Assembly: GCF_004010195.1 (NCBI RefSeq)
Contig: NC_057719.1
Location: 24,870,750-24,934,749, forward strand
DNA: 64,000 bases
Source: Chiloscyllium plagiosum
Lineage: Eukaryota
Direction: 5' to 3'
Positions 1 through 13,633 of the stretch are shown piece by piece; the first letter of the stretch is position 1; every line of letters begins with the position of its first letter. Position numbers and translations under genes: made by a program. The notes under the pieces were generated by a model. The model worked only from the letters and a program-made list of their open reading frames with translations, was not told the DNA's origin and searched no databases.

Positions 1-38
1 TGTGAGACAGCAGTGCTAACCACTGAGCCACCATGCCG
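1..38 (-). mobile_element. 5' end of an HE1-type SINE running off the window edge
   Basis: cagcagtgctaaccactgagccaccatgcc is the reverse complement of the SINE head. Confidence 0.75.
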
Positions 39-1736
39 TTTGCAGCAGATGATAGCAGGATCACAACAGTGGTCTAGTCAAAGCTAGCAGATAATGGCTA
101 AATCTGTTATTCAGCATGAGTGATTTACAAAAGTGATCAGAGATGCCTTATTGAAATTGATAAGGCGGGACTGTCAAGACTACATGAAATGGCAAGGCCA
201 AATCTGTGGCCATGAATGTGGTTTAGGGATATTACATGGAGAGAAATTTCAAAAAGACAAGCAGGTGGGAAATTCACAGTGGAAGGTACACGATAAAATC
301 ATCTAGGATAAGAAATTATTTGGTGCAAAAGCTGGAGAGGAAAGCAGTGTGGAAATATTTTAATTGCACTTGGGAGTACAATGAAGAATAAGGATTTTAA
401 AGAGATGTGAGATACGTGTTGAATAAGGTGAGAAATGTAAATGATAAGAAAGTGACAGAAGAACTGAGAGAATGAGGCCAAAGGTGTGACCTGAGATCTG
501 ATAGCCACTGTGATAGTCTTGGCGAGGTAAATATAAAAGATGCAGCCAGTGGGCTAGATGTCCTCACCCCACAGGTTGGTTTCTGTTAATGTCATGGTGT
601 TAGAGCAATCTGTCAAAAATAAGTTCATTAATGGTAAAGGCTCTGCTACAAGTCACTGCACTTTTTGGATGGTAATTTGTAGAGGGCTGGTAAGAGAAGA
701 TCTGCTGGCAGAATCCACAAGGTCAGTGGAAGACAAATTGGACAGGAAGAAAATTGACAAGGTTACTCCTTTCTGGATTGACTGACAGCAAGACTGTCAA
801 GAAAGTATGATGGAGCAATTTGTGTTTTTGCTCAATACAGAGTACCTCAAACCTCATTGAAGAATGCCAAGTCAGGCAGAAAAGGAATCTGTAGGCTTAA
901 TCAAGAGAGAATTGAGCTTACAGCAACAAGACAGCAGAAAGTCAAGGAATGATATAATGAAGAGAATTGAGAAATGAAAGGAAGCACAACAACATAAGGG
1001 AATCTAAAAAGGACAAAAAGCAATTAAATAGAAAAAAATGCAAATAGTGTAATGGGCTCATGAATTAATATGCCTTCTCTTTTGTATTACAACACTTTTT
1101 GAACTGAGATATCAATCAATCTCAAGATACCTGATGGCAGAGAGAAACATTTGCACCTGCAAAAAAATTTTGATAAGGACTTCATTTGAACCAGCTCTAA
1201 TGATTTTGTTACCTTGGGGAGCCATTACTTTATTTTTAAATCTTGTACCTCTATACTCCTGTTTTGTTTGACAACAAAATGTGCATGATTGTGTGAAGTA
1301 CTGCATGAAGCTCCTTCTACAACATTGATTCTGTGAAATTCTGCACCAAAGTTGACTCAAATACATTTAATCAGAGCTATTAATGTTGATTAAATTATAA
1401 CTTGCTTTTGGCTTTATAAAACAGTAAGTCAGTGTTTTGGACACAAGCAGCCTTGGACTGCAGTTGCAATAAAATTCAGCCCTATGTTCTGTTGTATTCC
1501 TTTTACTGTTAAATATTGAGCCTCTTTTCTAAACAATAGGATTTGCTGTTTCACATTTAATTGCCTGAAACACCGAGAAATTCATGAAAGCATGTCACAG
1601 CATAAGTACAGTCTGCAGCCTGGTGATCAAACAAACTATTGCATGATGGGATGAGCTGGCAGAAGTGCATCAATCAACCATGAGATGAAAAGCACAACCA
1701 CTGGAAAATTTCCACCAAATTAAAAACTGGTCTTAC

Positions 1737-1765
1737 CTTCTTCTGACAAATAGCCGAAATTTCAG
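1737..1765 (-). CDS. UNC79: UNC79 coding exon 11 (AEISAICQKK); gene continues beyond the window start
   Basis: ttacag| acceptor and |gtaaga donor; 29 nt, phase 1 to 0. The next expected exon (NCSSH...) was not found in 1-1736. Confidence 0.92.
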
Positions 1766-2654
1766 CTGTAAAGGTGAACATATGCAATGAATCAAAATGA
1801 AAAGTATTTTGTAATCATTGCTGGGAACTGGTCTCCGCAAAACTTATACTTTCTGCAAATAAATATATCAATGGCAATAATTTCAATTTTTTAATGAAGA
1901 AAGCAGAAGTAAGGACAAAACTGGTGTAAAACAACACCCAGACTATTTAACACTGATTAACAATGGGACCTATTTAAACATTCAAACATTTTGATTGTGC
2001 AGTGAGAAGCAGAAATGGCCTGAGGCGTACGTATTGTAGGTCTGCACCACAAGTGCACTGCGTATCACATTAGTTTGGACACTATAGTTATTCGCCTGAA
2101 GTTGTCATTGAGCCCAATTCTAATTGTAAATAAACAGTCAAATACCACCTTCGAAAAATTTGTTTGCAACTAACCATGTCATTTGCAGTGCATATTGAGA
2201 TCAGTTTTCTCAGACATATAGCAGCTAAACCTGTAGTTCTTAAAGAGACAACTGTCACCTATCTTTCAGATGGTAAGGTTTAACACTTACTTAACTACAT
2301 GTCATCAAAACTGCAGGTCACCGACAGTCACTGTTCACTTTGTGCCTGATTGCCTTAGGATCGTAGTCAGCTAAGCATCTCAGCTGATAGATATTCATTT
2401 ACTATTGTATTGCTACCATTCTTCATTAAGCAAATGCAGCAGGAAATGTGCTGTAGATCATCCAATTTGTAAACTAACATCTGATCTCAAATGACTCTTT
2501 TAGGAATATTTGGTTTTCATAATTTAGTATGTCTTAAGGAACATCAGGGCAATATTTTCACCAATGCCCATTTAATGTGACATTTAAAATAAGACAATGG
2601 GGCCAACATAACCCATCGTTTTTCTCCCCTTTTAAGTTATGTGCTCCCGAACTA

Positions 2655-2812
2655 CAAAAGAATCTCGATTATCTGAAGGACACAGGCAGGGAGTATTTTG
2701 TTCGGCTAATCAAATGTCGGATAGCATAGTTTAGCCGAGCATCGGGACTTGCGAACTTGTCAGATAATCCGAAATTCAGATAATTGAATGCCGGATAATC
2801 GAGGTTCCTCTG
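2655..2812. mobile_element. Tc1/mariner (Tigger-like) MITE
   Basis: TA-flanked terminal inverted repeats CA(A)A(A)GAA(T)CTCGATTATC ... GATAATCGAGGTTCCTCTG; a second copy lies at 10613-10786. Confidence 0.8.
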
Positions 2813-4302
2813 TATATAGTTCATGAGTTACAAATAAATTCATGCCACTGGTTATTTCTCTGCAATTGCTCTTACAGCTTTGGGAATCACTTATCAAACT
2901 ACTATTGCCATCTGTGGTTGATTATTTCTAATACATCAAAACAAAGCAAAATGAAAATGGTTTGAATGCAACATCAGTTTATAGCTTTCTTTAATCACAG
3001 AAGCATAAAAATGAACAAGAAAACCCATCCAATCAAGAAAAGTCTATCCTGAACCACTGGGTTACACATATTACAAATAATTTACAAAAAAGCTAATTTT
3101 ATTGCAATCTGCCAGTGAATAAATAACAAAACAAAGGTTTACTATCTAGTCAACATTACATCAACGGTTTGTATACAATTCCACACCTCTATCAATTTCC
3201 TGGTTGTTGACAAAAAAGAGCTTAGAAACATGATTTTCATCATAAACTGCTTACATGTTTGTATACAAGGCTTTCTTTCACCTTTCTGCTGATAAACCAC
3301 AGTTTGTAATGCCTTTGTCAGTAGTTACTCTTCCCACATGATGATAATATATATTTTAAAATTAAACATGACTAAATAAAATGTCTGAACCATAAACAGC
3401 TTGACAAAAGTCAAATTAAAATGAATGATTGGTATTAATTACCCCATGCCACATCTGACAGGAATTGGTGGAAAGGTAACTCTTTGAAAATTACACAGTA
3501 CTTACAATCTTGTTCCTGCCAAGGTCTGTGATCACTATTTTGATGAGGCCTTGCTTGAGGGTCCAGGTAATTTTGAAGTACCAATGGGTGGCACATGTAC
3601 TTGACATGGGATACCCTATCCTGCCAACGCTAATGGAAGAGCTGCAGGTCCTTCAAAACAACCGAACTATTTTTGTGCAGCCAGATATTCCAGCTGTATG
3701 ATCCTCTGTTCCTCATCTCTTGGACTAGCTTCTCTTTGTTCCCATCTAACTAACCTGCAGTGGTTCAGTTGCACATTGAATAAACAGATTTCTTGCCCCT
3801 ATCAACCAGCAGATGCTCCAAAAATGCAAATAACTCCCTGACAGCATGATAATGAGGCCAGAGTATGGAAAGGATTCAGAATTCTAACACCACCATAAAA
3901 TTACCAGGTAAATGTAACATGATGTCACAAGTTTTTAAGTCAATCTGTTTATCTATACCAGAATCTTACTTTGTGCAAGAAATGTGTAGTTAACAAAAAT
4001 GTGGAACAGGTTTAATAATTTATTAAACAAAGGTTTATAAATTGGCATTAGTAAATGATTGTGCTCCCCAGAATAGCTGCTTGTTACAAACACCCCCTCT
4101 CAAATCAGAAAATGTTTTTTTCTACATACTGCTGTCTTACAAAGAGATTCCTAATGTATATTTCCTTTCTCACTAATCTATAATACCACAGTTTGTTACA
4201 AAATGACATACACGAACAACAATTTCACATTTCATCTGCAAATTGGTGCTGACAATTACATCTTACTGAAGTGTTAACAAGAATTTTCAATCCAAAACTC
4301 AC

Positions 4303-4343
4303 CTTGTGGTAGCAGAACATCAATTAACCATTCAGATTGGATT
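4303..4343 (-). CDS. UNC79: UNC79 coding exon 10 (GIQSEWLIDVLLPQ/A)
   Basis: aacag| acceptor and |gtgagt donor; 41 nt. Confidence 0.93.
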
Positions 4344-4669
4344 CTGTTAGAAGAAAAATGGAAGTATAAAATAAACAACAAACTTACAGTATCCAAAAAT
4401 ATACAGGCAGGTTCACATTTGTGGCAGACGTTTTCTTCCAAACTGAAAAGGAAGGCATGCTGATATGCATATACAACTAACATGATAAAAATATTGACAA
4501 CAATTATTATTCTATTCAAAGAATGGAGAAGGACAGAAAAGTTTCAAATAAAGACTGCTGCTTTGGGGTGTTGACTTTAATACCTTTCATATTTTTCCTT
4601 AAACTTTTGGCTATATATATAATAGAGTGTTGTGATGTAACAAGTATTAGTTAAATAAATGGTACTCAC

Positions 4670-4758
4670 CCTGCAATCTTCTGACTACATTCTTCACACA
4701 GGTATAATGGAGGTGGTTTTTCACCTAATGCCACAGAAATGGATGGATCTATGCACAT
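4670..4758 (-). CDS. UNC79: UNC79 coding exon 9 (MCIDPSISVALGEKPPPLYLCEECSQKIA/G)
   Basis: ttaaag| acceptor and |gtgagt donor; 89 nt. Confidence 0.95.
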
Positions 4759-5241
4759 CTTTAAAAGAGAAATTTTTAAAAACCTATAATTTAGTTAACC
4801 ACATCAAGCAAAATGTTCAACAGAATTCAAATCATAATAACTGAAACTTGCTTCATTAATGTGAAATAGTTTCCTGTTGCGAGCTACAATTTCAGGAAAA
4901 ATAGCCAAATAGTCATAGTCTCAAATCAAAATTATCACAAAATTCTAATGAAACAGCAGGAGGCCTTTTGCTTCATCCTATCTGCACCAACTCCGCAAAT
5001 AAGCATCCTGGCTTTATGACATTCTCTGTTTCAACCTTTCCCCTTCGTGAACTCATTTCTCCCTGTTTCAAAGTTCTGCCCTCCTCCAATTCTGGCATCT
5101 TGTGCACCCCAATTTCCTGCACTCTACTATTGGGTACCATTAGTTCCTAGGCAGGAATTTATTCCATAAATGTCTCTACTTCTCTTTCCTCCTTTAAAAT
5201 ACTCTTTAAAACCTATTAGTTTACCAAAGATTGGTCTCCTT

Positions 5242-6110
5242 CATAAGTCCATAAGATATAGGAGCAGAATTAGGCCATTTGGTCCACCAGGTCTGCTCTG
5301 CCATTCAATCATGGCTTATATGCTTCTCACCCCCATTTTCCTGCCTTCTCTCCATTTCCCTTCAACCCATTACCAATAAAAAATCTGTCTAACACCTCCA
5401 TAAATTTATTCGCTGTCCCAGCATCCACTGCACTTTGGAGTAGTGAATTTCACAGATTTACAACCCTTTGGGAGAAGTAGTTTCTCCTCAACTCTGTTTA
5501 AATTTGCTAACTCTTATCCTAATATTATGTCCCCTCATCCTAGAATGCCCCACAAGAGGAAGCCTCCACTCCACATCTATTTTATTGACAACGTTTATCA
5601 TCTTGAATCCCTCAATTTGATATTCCCTCATTCTTTTAAATTCCAGACAGTATAGGCCTATGCTGTTCAATCTCTCTTCATATGACAAACCTGTCATCTC
5701 TGGAATCAATCCAGTGAACCTTCTCTGAACTTTCTCCAATGCCACTACATTTGTAAGGGTCTTATTTCCTCATTGCAAGTTACCATCCTGCCTATTTTTG
5801 TGCCGTCTTCAAATTTGGCTATCGAGCCTTCTATCCCTGAATCCAAGTCATTAATACAGATTGTAAATAGCTGGGGTCCAAGAACCAAACCCTGTGGCAC
5901 CCCACTAATTACATCCTGCCAACTAGAATTTTAAAAAAATTTGTCCCGACTCACTGTCCTCTGTCCATCAGTCTTCAGTCATCTTTCCAAGCTAATAAAT
6001 TATCCCTAATCCCATATGATCCAACCTTGTGAATTAACTTTTCGTGCGGGACCTTATCAAGTGCCTTCCAGAAGTCCAGATAAATTACATCTACAGCATC
6101 CCCATTATCC
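5242..6110 (-). mobile_element. 5'-truncated CR1 LINE with an internal deletion
   Basis: [19 protein letters not shown] and LEKVQRRFTGLIPEM motifs; 3' tail near 5242. Confidence 0.88.
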
Positions 6111-7125
6111 AGTGGTGTTCCACAGGGATCAGTGCTGGGGCCACTGTTGTTTGTGATATACATAAACGATCTGGAAGAGTACACTGGTGTTCTGATCAGT
6201 AAGTTTGCAAATGACACGAAGACTGGTGGAGTAGCAGAAAGCATAGAGGACTGTCAAAGAATACAGGAGAATATGGACTGGAGAGTTGTGCAGAAAAGTG
6301 GCAGAAGGAGTTCAATCCAGGCAAATGTGAGGTGATGCATTTTCGAAGGTATAATTCTAGAGTGAACTATACTATAAATGTAAGAGCCTTGGGAAACGTT
6401 GATGAGCAAAGAGATCTGGGAGTTCAGGTCCACTGTACCCTGAAAGTGGCTGCATAGGTGGATAGAGTGGTCAAGAAGGCATATGGTATGCTTGCCTTCA
6501 TCCGACAGGGTATTGGGTATAACAGCTGGCAGGTCTTGTTAAAATTGTAAATGACTTTGTTTCGGTCGCATTTAGAATACTGTGTGCAGTTCTGGTCGCC
6601 ACATTACCAAAAGAATGTGAATGCTTTGGAGAGGGTGCAGAGAAGGTTTACAAGAATGTTGCCTGGTATGGAAGGTGCTAGCTATAAAGAGAAGTTGAGT
6701 AAATTATGATTGCTTTCATTAGAAAAAAGGAGATTATGGGGGGACTTGATTGAAGTCGACAATATCATGAAGGGTATAGACAGGGTGGATAGAGATAAGC
6801 TTTTTCCCCAGGGTGAGGGATTCAATAATGAGAGGTCACACATTCAAGGTGAGAGAAGAAAAGTTTAAGGGGAATACATTTAGAAAGTACTTTATACAGA
6901 GAGTGGTAGGTGCCTGGAATGCACTGCCAACAGAGGTGGTAGAGACAGGCACGGTAGATTCATTTAAGGTGCTTCTGGACAGATGCATGTGTAGGTGGGG
7001 AGCAGAGGGATAGACCCTTAGGAATTAGACGATAGGTTGAGACAGTGGATTTGGATCAACACAGGCTTGGAGGGCCGAAAGGCCTGTTCCTGGGCTGTAA
7101 ATTTTCTTTGTTCTTAGTTCTTAGT
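6109..7125 (+). mobile_element. 5'-truncated CR1 LINE (different 3' end)
   Basis: [17 protein letters not shown] and RGHTFKV...WNALP motifs; ttcttagttcttag tail. Confidence 0.9.
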
Positions 7126-7940
7126 TTCAAACTTTCATTATGGCCTCTCCAGGCACACAATTGTTTTATTGAATATATACTGGAAGTATTTCTCCAGGGT
7201 TTCTGTTTCCTTTAAAATGAGAAAAACCTTTCAGAATAATTTCAGATCAATACAGTTTTCATTAATTGTATTTTTTTCTACATGCTTCATTAAAGTATAC
7301 TGTTTTCACTAAACGGTCATTGACTTTGCATAGTTAAATAGATTATCATTTAAAATATTTATGAAAGAGTGCTTCCTCACAGTCTCCAAGCTAACCTGCT
7401 ACCCTTTCGAGAGTCAGATCTCCTACCACCAGAATCGGATCTCAAAGCTCCCACCATTGTGACTGATGATTAATAAACACACTCTCCTCACAATCACTAA
7501 TGCCCTCCCTGACACCCCCATCTTTGCCCCCAATAAGTTTCCAATGCTCAGCAATCTCTCTTGACTTTCAAGTTAACTTTTGCCCCTCCAAGTCACTTAC
7601 ATATTTCTTATCAACGGGAAGCTTAATTTCTCCTATGCAATGACCTATGCTGCAATGTCTCCCCACAACAGAATGGATCCAAACAATATACTTCCTGTTT
7701 ACATCCCTTTATTGCGAGTCCTTAAGCACTGTAACAATATGGGGAAAATGTTCATCATGAATGGAAATCAGGTTCTACATGGAGGATGCATGCTGCTTCA
7801 CCAAATTATTATCCAGGTATGAAAGATAATGAAAATTAGATGTGCTCCTTAAACAGCTCGCTTATTCACTCTGAGAAATTGCCAGCCCAATAATGACAAC
7901 AATAATATATTTCGAATTAGTTAGAAGATTTTCAGAATAC

Positions 7941-8005
7941 CTTCACAGCAGGTTTGTTGATTGCATTCTGACATTCGACATGCTGACAGTGAATTGGATT
8001 CCATG
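7941..8005 (-). CDS. UNC79: UNC79 coding exon 8 (AWNPIHCQHVECQNAINKPAVK)
   Basis: ttctag| acceptor and |gtattc donor; 65 nt. Confidence 0.95.
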
Positions 8006-8124
8006 CTAGAAGAAAGTGAAAACCATGAGGTGCAATTACACATAATTGTGATTGACATCTAAGTTGCTGTTTCCTTGACAAAGGAAGAATGAGATATTCT
8101 TAACCAATGTGAAGTCAAACTGTG

Positions 8125-8486
8125 CCAGTTTCCTCATTTCCCCTCCCCCCACCTTATCCCATTCCAATCTTCCAGTACAGCACCACTCTCATGACCTCTC
8201 CCATCTGTCCATCTTTCTTCCCACCTACCCACTCACCCTCCCCTCCAACCTATCACCTTTACCTCCACCTCCATCCACCTAGTACACTTTCAGTTACCTC
8301 CTCCCGAGCCCCACCTCCCTCCCATTTATCTCTCCATACACGTGGCTGGCAGCCTCATTCCTGATTAAGGGCTTTTGCCCGAAACATTGAATTTTCTGCT
8401 CCTCGGATGCTGCCTGACTTGCTGTGCTTTTCCAGCACCACACTCTTGACTCTAGTCCCCAGCATCTGCAGTCCTCACTTTCGCCT
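8125..8486 (+). mobile_element. Penelope-like 3' end fragment
   Basis: Same C-rich UTR, attcCTGATTAAGGGCTTTTGCCCGAAACATTGAAT motif and ccagcatctgcagtcctcactttc terminus. Confidence 0.75.
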
Positions 8487-9617
8487 AGTTGATTTTCACA
8501 AAAATAAGACATTTCTTGCATTTCTTTTATCCATTTATTGCAATTCATATTGTTACAGTAAATCCAATTTCAAAACAGACTTTGGCCAGCTGAGTTTCAA
8601 GGTGTTTTATGCAATTTCCTTAGTTCTGTGCAGGAAAAGTTCATACAGTAGGTCTCAATTCAAACAGCATGAATTTAGATTGGTGGCTAGATTTATTATG
8701 ATTCAATCAGTGCATTCTGCGCACAAAATCAAGGGACCTTAAGCTTAAATTACATTCAGTTCAAATCTAATTTCCATGATCTTTTGAGCTACTTTACACA
8801 ATATCAAGATGTTAACCATCCCTGCTCAGACGTTGCCATGGCCCCAGGGTGAATTGGGAGTTCCCATTATTTGTTCACATTTGTAGATTTTTAAACAGCC
8901 TCTAAAAATTAAACTGAGTCTTTCAAACACAAGTAACTAATTGGCGTAATGTAAATGCTTTTGATTTTTTTTCTAAATTTACTGAATAAACTGACCATCA
9001 CAAATTATGAAAGTAGTAAAGCTCAACATAAGTTCAACACTGAAGTCTCAAGTCAAATGTAGGCAAAAGAAACTTCCTAATGATTGTCACCTACTGTCCT
9101 CCTTCAACTAATTAATCCCTGTGTCGAACATCATTTGGAATAAGCAATGTGAACAGCAAGAGCACAAAGTGTATTCTTGTGGAGGTGTTGCATGTCCATC
9201 ACCAATATTTGTTCGGCAGCATCATTTCTAACTAAATAAAAGTGAAGTACTGTAGATGCAGAAAGTGCTGCACACAGCAGATCTGGTGGCATAAGTGGAG
9301 AGATACAGAGTTAACATTTCAAGGAAGAATTATATTGGACTAGAAACATTAACTCTGTTTCTTTCTCCACTGATACTTGGCCCGAGCCTCAATAATCAAT
9401 TTGTTGCGTACATTACATTGTTGTTACACTACAACAGCAGTTAAAACCATGCAGTTCTTATGGAGACAACGCCTCAACTTCACACTGAGAATATCCGTAC
9501 TGTATATGTGGCAGGACCACAATATTAAATAAGACAGATTCAGAATGGATCTAGGCAACTCAGAACCAGGTACAGATGAGGCATTATATTCTAGAACAAG
9601 CTTTACATTACTTACTT

Positions 9618-9857
9618 TAGATTAGATTACTTACAGTGTGGAAACAGGCCCTTCGGCCCAACAAGTCCACACCGACCAACCGAAGCGCAACCCACCCAGA
9701 CCCATTTCCCTACATTTGCCCCTTCACCTAACACTACAAGCAATTTAGCATGGCCAATTCAACTAACCTGCACATTTTTGGACTGTGGGAGGAAACCGGA
9801 GCACCCCGAGGAAACCCAAGCAGACACGGAGAGAATGTGCAAACTCCACACAGTCAG
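9618..9857 (-). mobile_element. HE1-type SINE, 5'-truncated
   Basis: ttagattagatt tail plus core sequence on the minus strand. Confidence 0.85.
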
Positions 9858-9959
9858 TTCTTACATTCTTTTACAAAACACTTTAAATCTATACTCCGGT
9901 TTGTGATCCTCTTAGGAGGAAGAACAAAATTTCTCAATCTACTCTATCCAGACAGTTCA

Positions 9960-10350
9960 TGATGTTGAGAACTTCTTCTGATCTTTTCAACCTTTCCAAT
10001 CCATTCTCACAAGGGAAGTTTCTAATTCCTGGAAACATTCTTGTAAATCTCTTCTGCACTCTCCTCTATATATCCACAACTTTCTTAAGGGACAGTGTTC
10101 AGAACTATAGACATAACTGAGGTATAACTAGTGTCCTATGTAAGTTCAGCAAACACGACCAGCTCTTTATGCCCCTAGTAATGAATCCAAGAACACTATA
10201 CCCTTTACTAAGAGCTCTCTCTTCCTGTCTTACTCACTTTAGCAACTTATGAACATATACACTCAGGTCTCTCTGCTCATGCATACCCTTTGAAAGAGTA
10301 CCTTTTAACTTATACTGTTTTTCCATCTTCATTGTATGAAAATGTAACAC
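9960..10350 (-). mobile_element. Decayed CR1 fragment
   Basis: cttgtaaatctcttctgcactctc and cagaactatagaca are reverse complements of the ERVQKRFTR and VQFW motif regions. Confidence 0.6.
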
Positions 10351-10612
10351 CTTTGACAGTTGAAACTCACAGGCCTAAACTCCTAAAAATTTGGCCAGCC
10401 TAGCAGAGTTGGTTTTGAATGATCATGGCTTTGATGCTGGTACTAATTGGCTAATTGGTTCTGTGATGTTAGTATGCCTGTCCTCCCAACTGATGCAGAG
10501 AATCCATCTCAAACAAAGTTGATGGAACTTCTCAAGGGCCTTCACGTGGTACCTTTACATAGCTCCATATATTGGAGCCTTATAGAAGAGCCAAAAGGGT
10601 GACTGCGTTATA

Positions 10613-10786
10613 CAGATGAGCCTCAATTATCCGAAGGACATGAGTGAGGAGTATTTTGTTTGGTTAATCGAATGCCAGATAATCAAATATCGGATAACAT
10701 AATTTCGCCAAGCATCGGGACCTTGCAATCTTGCCGGATAATCCGAAATTCAGATAATCGAATGCCAGATAATCGAGGTTCCTCTG
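10613..10786. mobile_element. Tc1/mariner (Tigger-like) MITE, second copy
   Basis: ta|cagatgagcctcaattatccg ... gataatcgaggttcctctg|ta. Confidence 0.8.
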
Positions 10787-11550
10787 TACGTAAGAATCTT
10801 GATATTAGGGTACAGATATCATGGTCGTCAAAGAATCTCATCCTCAGGGGTCCGAAGGCAATGCTCATGAGTAGGATGCTATGGCGAACCTCCACATCAA
10901 TGGTAGTCTTAGATGAGAGGTGGCTTCATAGGCACATAGGAACACTACCACTTTCAAGGTTTCCTCCAAGTAACACAATCCCAATTTGAAATACATAATT
11001 ATTCCATCATTTTAACCCTTATTCAAGGGTTAAAATCTTGAAATTTTCTCCTAAACAATACTGTTGAGTGTACCTTTACTCTTTACCTATAACAGATCAA
11101 GCTAGTGGCTTATCATCACAAACACAATCATAAAGAGGCAACAAACACTGAGCTTTTCATCAATGCCCAGCTCCCATTGATGAATTTAAAACGTAAAGGT
11201 TTATCCCTAAACACAATAAAATTTAATTACATAAACATAAGAGAAAATAATTTCTGTCAATCATCTTCCATGGAAGGTTACTGATTCAAGCTCATAATTA
11301 CAATGTGAAATGTAGCATGATTCATACCGGAGTGGCAATTAAATTTAGTTGTGTACAGAAATAGCAAGGTTGCTGTGGTAGAATTCAAACAAAGCAATAG
11401 TCCAGCAGCCCTTCTAATCTGTTGTTCCCTCCAATTATGAGTCATCCAAAATGAATAAAATAATTTTGAAGCAGCAAAAGCAAATTATATTTAGTAAATA
11501 GTGTGCATTGAATTACTTTTAAATAGGTATTGTCTTTAAAAATGTCATAC

Positions 11551-11680
11551 CTGTGTACTGCAGCCCCCTGTATTCACAGATAGCACCCGGTGGCTTTAAA
11601 TTAGGCCAGTAGTGGAAAAGCATTTGAACAGCAGGAGGCTTAACTTGAGAGGGGCCATATGCAATCACATACAACAAATC
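11551..11680 (-). CDS. UNC79: UNC79 coding exon 7 (DLLYVIAYGPSQVKPPAVQMLFHYWPNLKPPGAICEYRGLQYT/A)
   Basis: tgtag| acceptor and |gtatga donor; 130 nt. Confidence 0.96.
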
Positions 11681-12445
11681 CTACAGCAACACAGAAAAAC
11701 ATTTTTACATTTTGCAAAACTTTTGTACATCCACATTTTAACCAACATTACCATTAATACATACTATATCTATATACTGCACTAATTATTTCTATTACAA
11801 TTCCATTCGCACCAGCATTTTAAAACATTAACTTCAGTTAGATTGAGGACTGAAATAATAAGTACAATAATTGGTTAATTACTAACATGTAAACAATCAA
11901 GTTAATTTTTGAATAGTATGCAGTAAAGCTAAACGTAGTTCAAGATCTCCTGTGGCAATACTTCTTTGCATATATATTTTTAGTTGCATTCATAATGTGA
12001 AACAGTTGTCATCACCTCAAAGTTATTTATATTACCTTTGTCTTTGCCACTGTTTCAGTGTCTCCTGAATGCAATTAATCACCCAGTGATACAGATTCCA
12101 TAATATTTGCCAACTGCCCATGCTTCATTTGAAAGCCTTGAGTGTAAGTCAAGGTCAAGGTCTATGGTTCAACTTGGTTCAGTAAGCACTAATCATGGAA
12201 CTCGTATAATTAAAAATTCTGAACTATTAGATTGTAGATAATTAATTAAGATAGTATTCTATAGCTTCCTCCAAAAACATAATTTCTGCTGATGCATAAC
12301 AGAAAGATCTCAGGTAAGAACTGTTGAAAATAGGAAAAGTTTATTATTTGGGTCGACGAATGCAGTTCGTGAAACAGTTAAATAACTTAAAATAGATCAC
12401 AATAAATAAGAGAACACTTATGACAGATGTTCTATAATCACTTAC

Positions 12446-12501
12446 TTTCCAGACTTCTTGCTTGTATTTCATAAGGCTTTCCAAAAGCTGGCAATGGTAC
12501 A
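12446..12501 (-). CDS. UNC79: UNC79 coding exon 6 (VYHCQLLESLMKYKQEVWK)
   Basis: catag| acceptor and |gtaagt donor; 56 nt, phase 1 to 0. Confidence 0.95.
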
Positions 12502-13540
12502 CTATGCAAAACAGTTTCAAACAAACATTTACTGAAATCATCATTTCACTGAGTGTAGTTATAACTCCATTAAAATTAGAGATAACAAAAACCTAGCCTA
12601 ATCTTTGGATATTCAAAACCATGAAAATAATTCCAGATATGAGAATGTTAATTCTAATTACTTAATGTAGTATTATTTACGAAAGGTCCTTTGTTAAGTA
12701 ATACTTATTTTATTAAAATACTTTACCCTTTTCACAGTGAGGATAAATCAAATGCTGACTATTTTATAAGTCAAAAGGCTTATGTATATTCATGCATTTT
12801 ATGCATGTTTGTATTGAAATTTTTCCAAGACTATTTAAAATATGGTGCTTGACAATAGGCTAAGGACTCCTAAAATAAGATAGAGCAGTGCTAAGAAATA
12901 CATTAAAATATAACCTCACACTGAAGTTAAGAGAAACTGAAGAAAACTTTAGGAATGTCGTGAATGAGCTAAGCAAACAAAGAACCATCATGTACCTGAC
13001 ACAAACAAAAATCAGATAATTATTCTCATCTCAAGGAGGAGCAACGCAATAATAATGCAACCAAAACTGAAAGTCCTAAATATAAGGTAATCACCAATAA
13101 ATCCAACACAAATTTCAGGAGAAACCTATTCACTCAGAGTGGTTGAGAGTGCTACTCACAGTAACATGAAGTAGATGTGGTATTTAAAAGGAAACAATGT
13201 AAATTCATGAGGGCAAAAGAAATAGAAGATGGTGATTGGGTGAGATAAATTAATCATTGATTAGTGTGTGCATATTTTATATATATATATAGTCTGACAC
13301 TAACCTTTTAACATTGAATAGTTACTTTCTCTTTCAAACTGTTCCAACTACTATGCACAATTGAATATGATGCCGCTAGTTTGAGAAGGTGTTAATATTT
13401 AATTAGGTTAATAAATTACAGTAGAGAAGTTTCCAAAGGTAAAACTTTATTTCCAAATATACTTTAGCTAATATAGCTTTCAATCATCAGAACTGTTTTG
13501 ATATTTATCCAAATGTGTTTATCCATTGTTTTGCACCTAC

Positions 13541-13633
13541 CTGGATTTGTGGTATATTGCATAGCAATCATCAGCATTGAAGAGGCAGAATAATTCACAT
13601 AAGGTGGAACACCTTCTCGCTTAGATGATCCCA
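13541..13633 (-). CDS. UNC79: UNC79 coding exon 5 (LGSSKREGVPPYVNYSASSMLMIAMQYTTNP/V)
   Basis: ctctag| acceptor and |gtaggt donor; 93 nt. Confidence 0.95.

Noticed and set aside
1455..1470. Start of the next UNC79 exon (AAC TGC AGT = NCS)
   Set aside because: No AG acceptor, and the following codons do not match SHVRRAVV.
3499..3701. Possible extra UNC79 exon (acttac donor-like site) or the 63-aa + strand ORF
   Set aside because: The minus-strand frames checked contain stops, and exons 10 and 11 already join seamlessly (LLPQ|AEISA).
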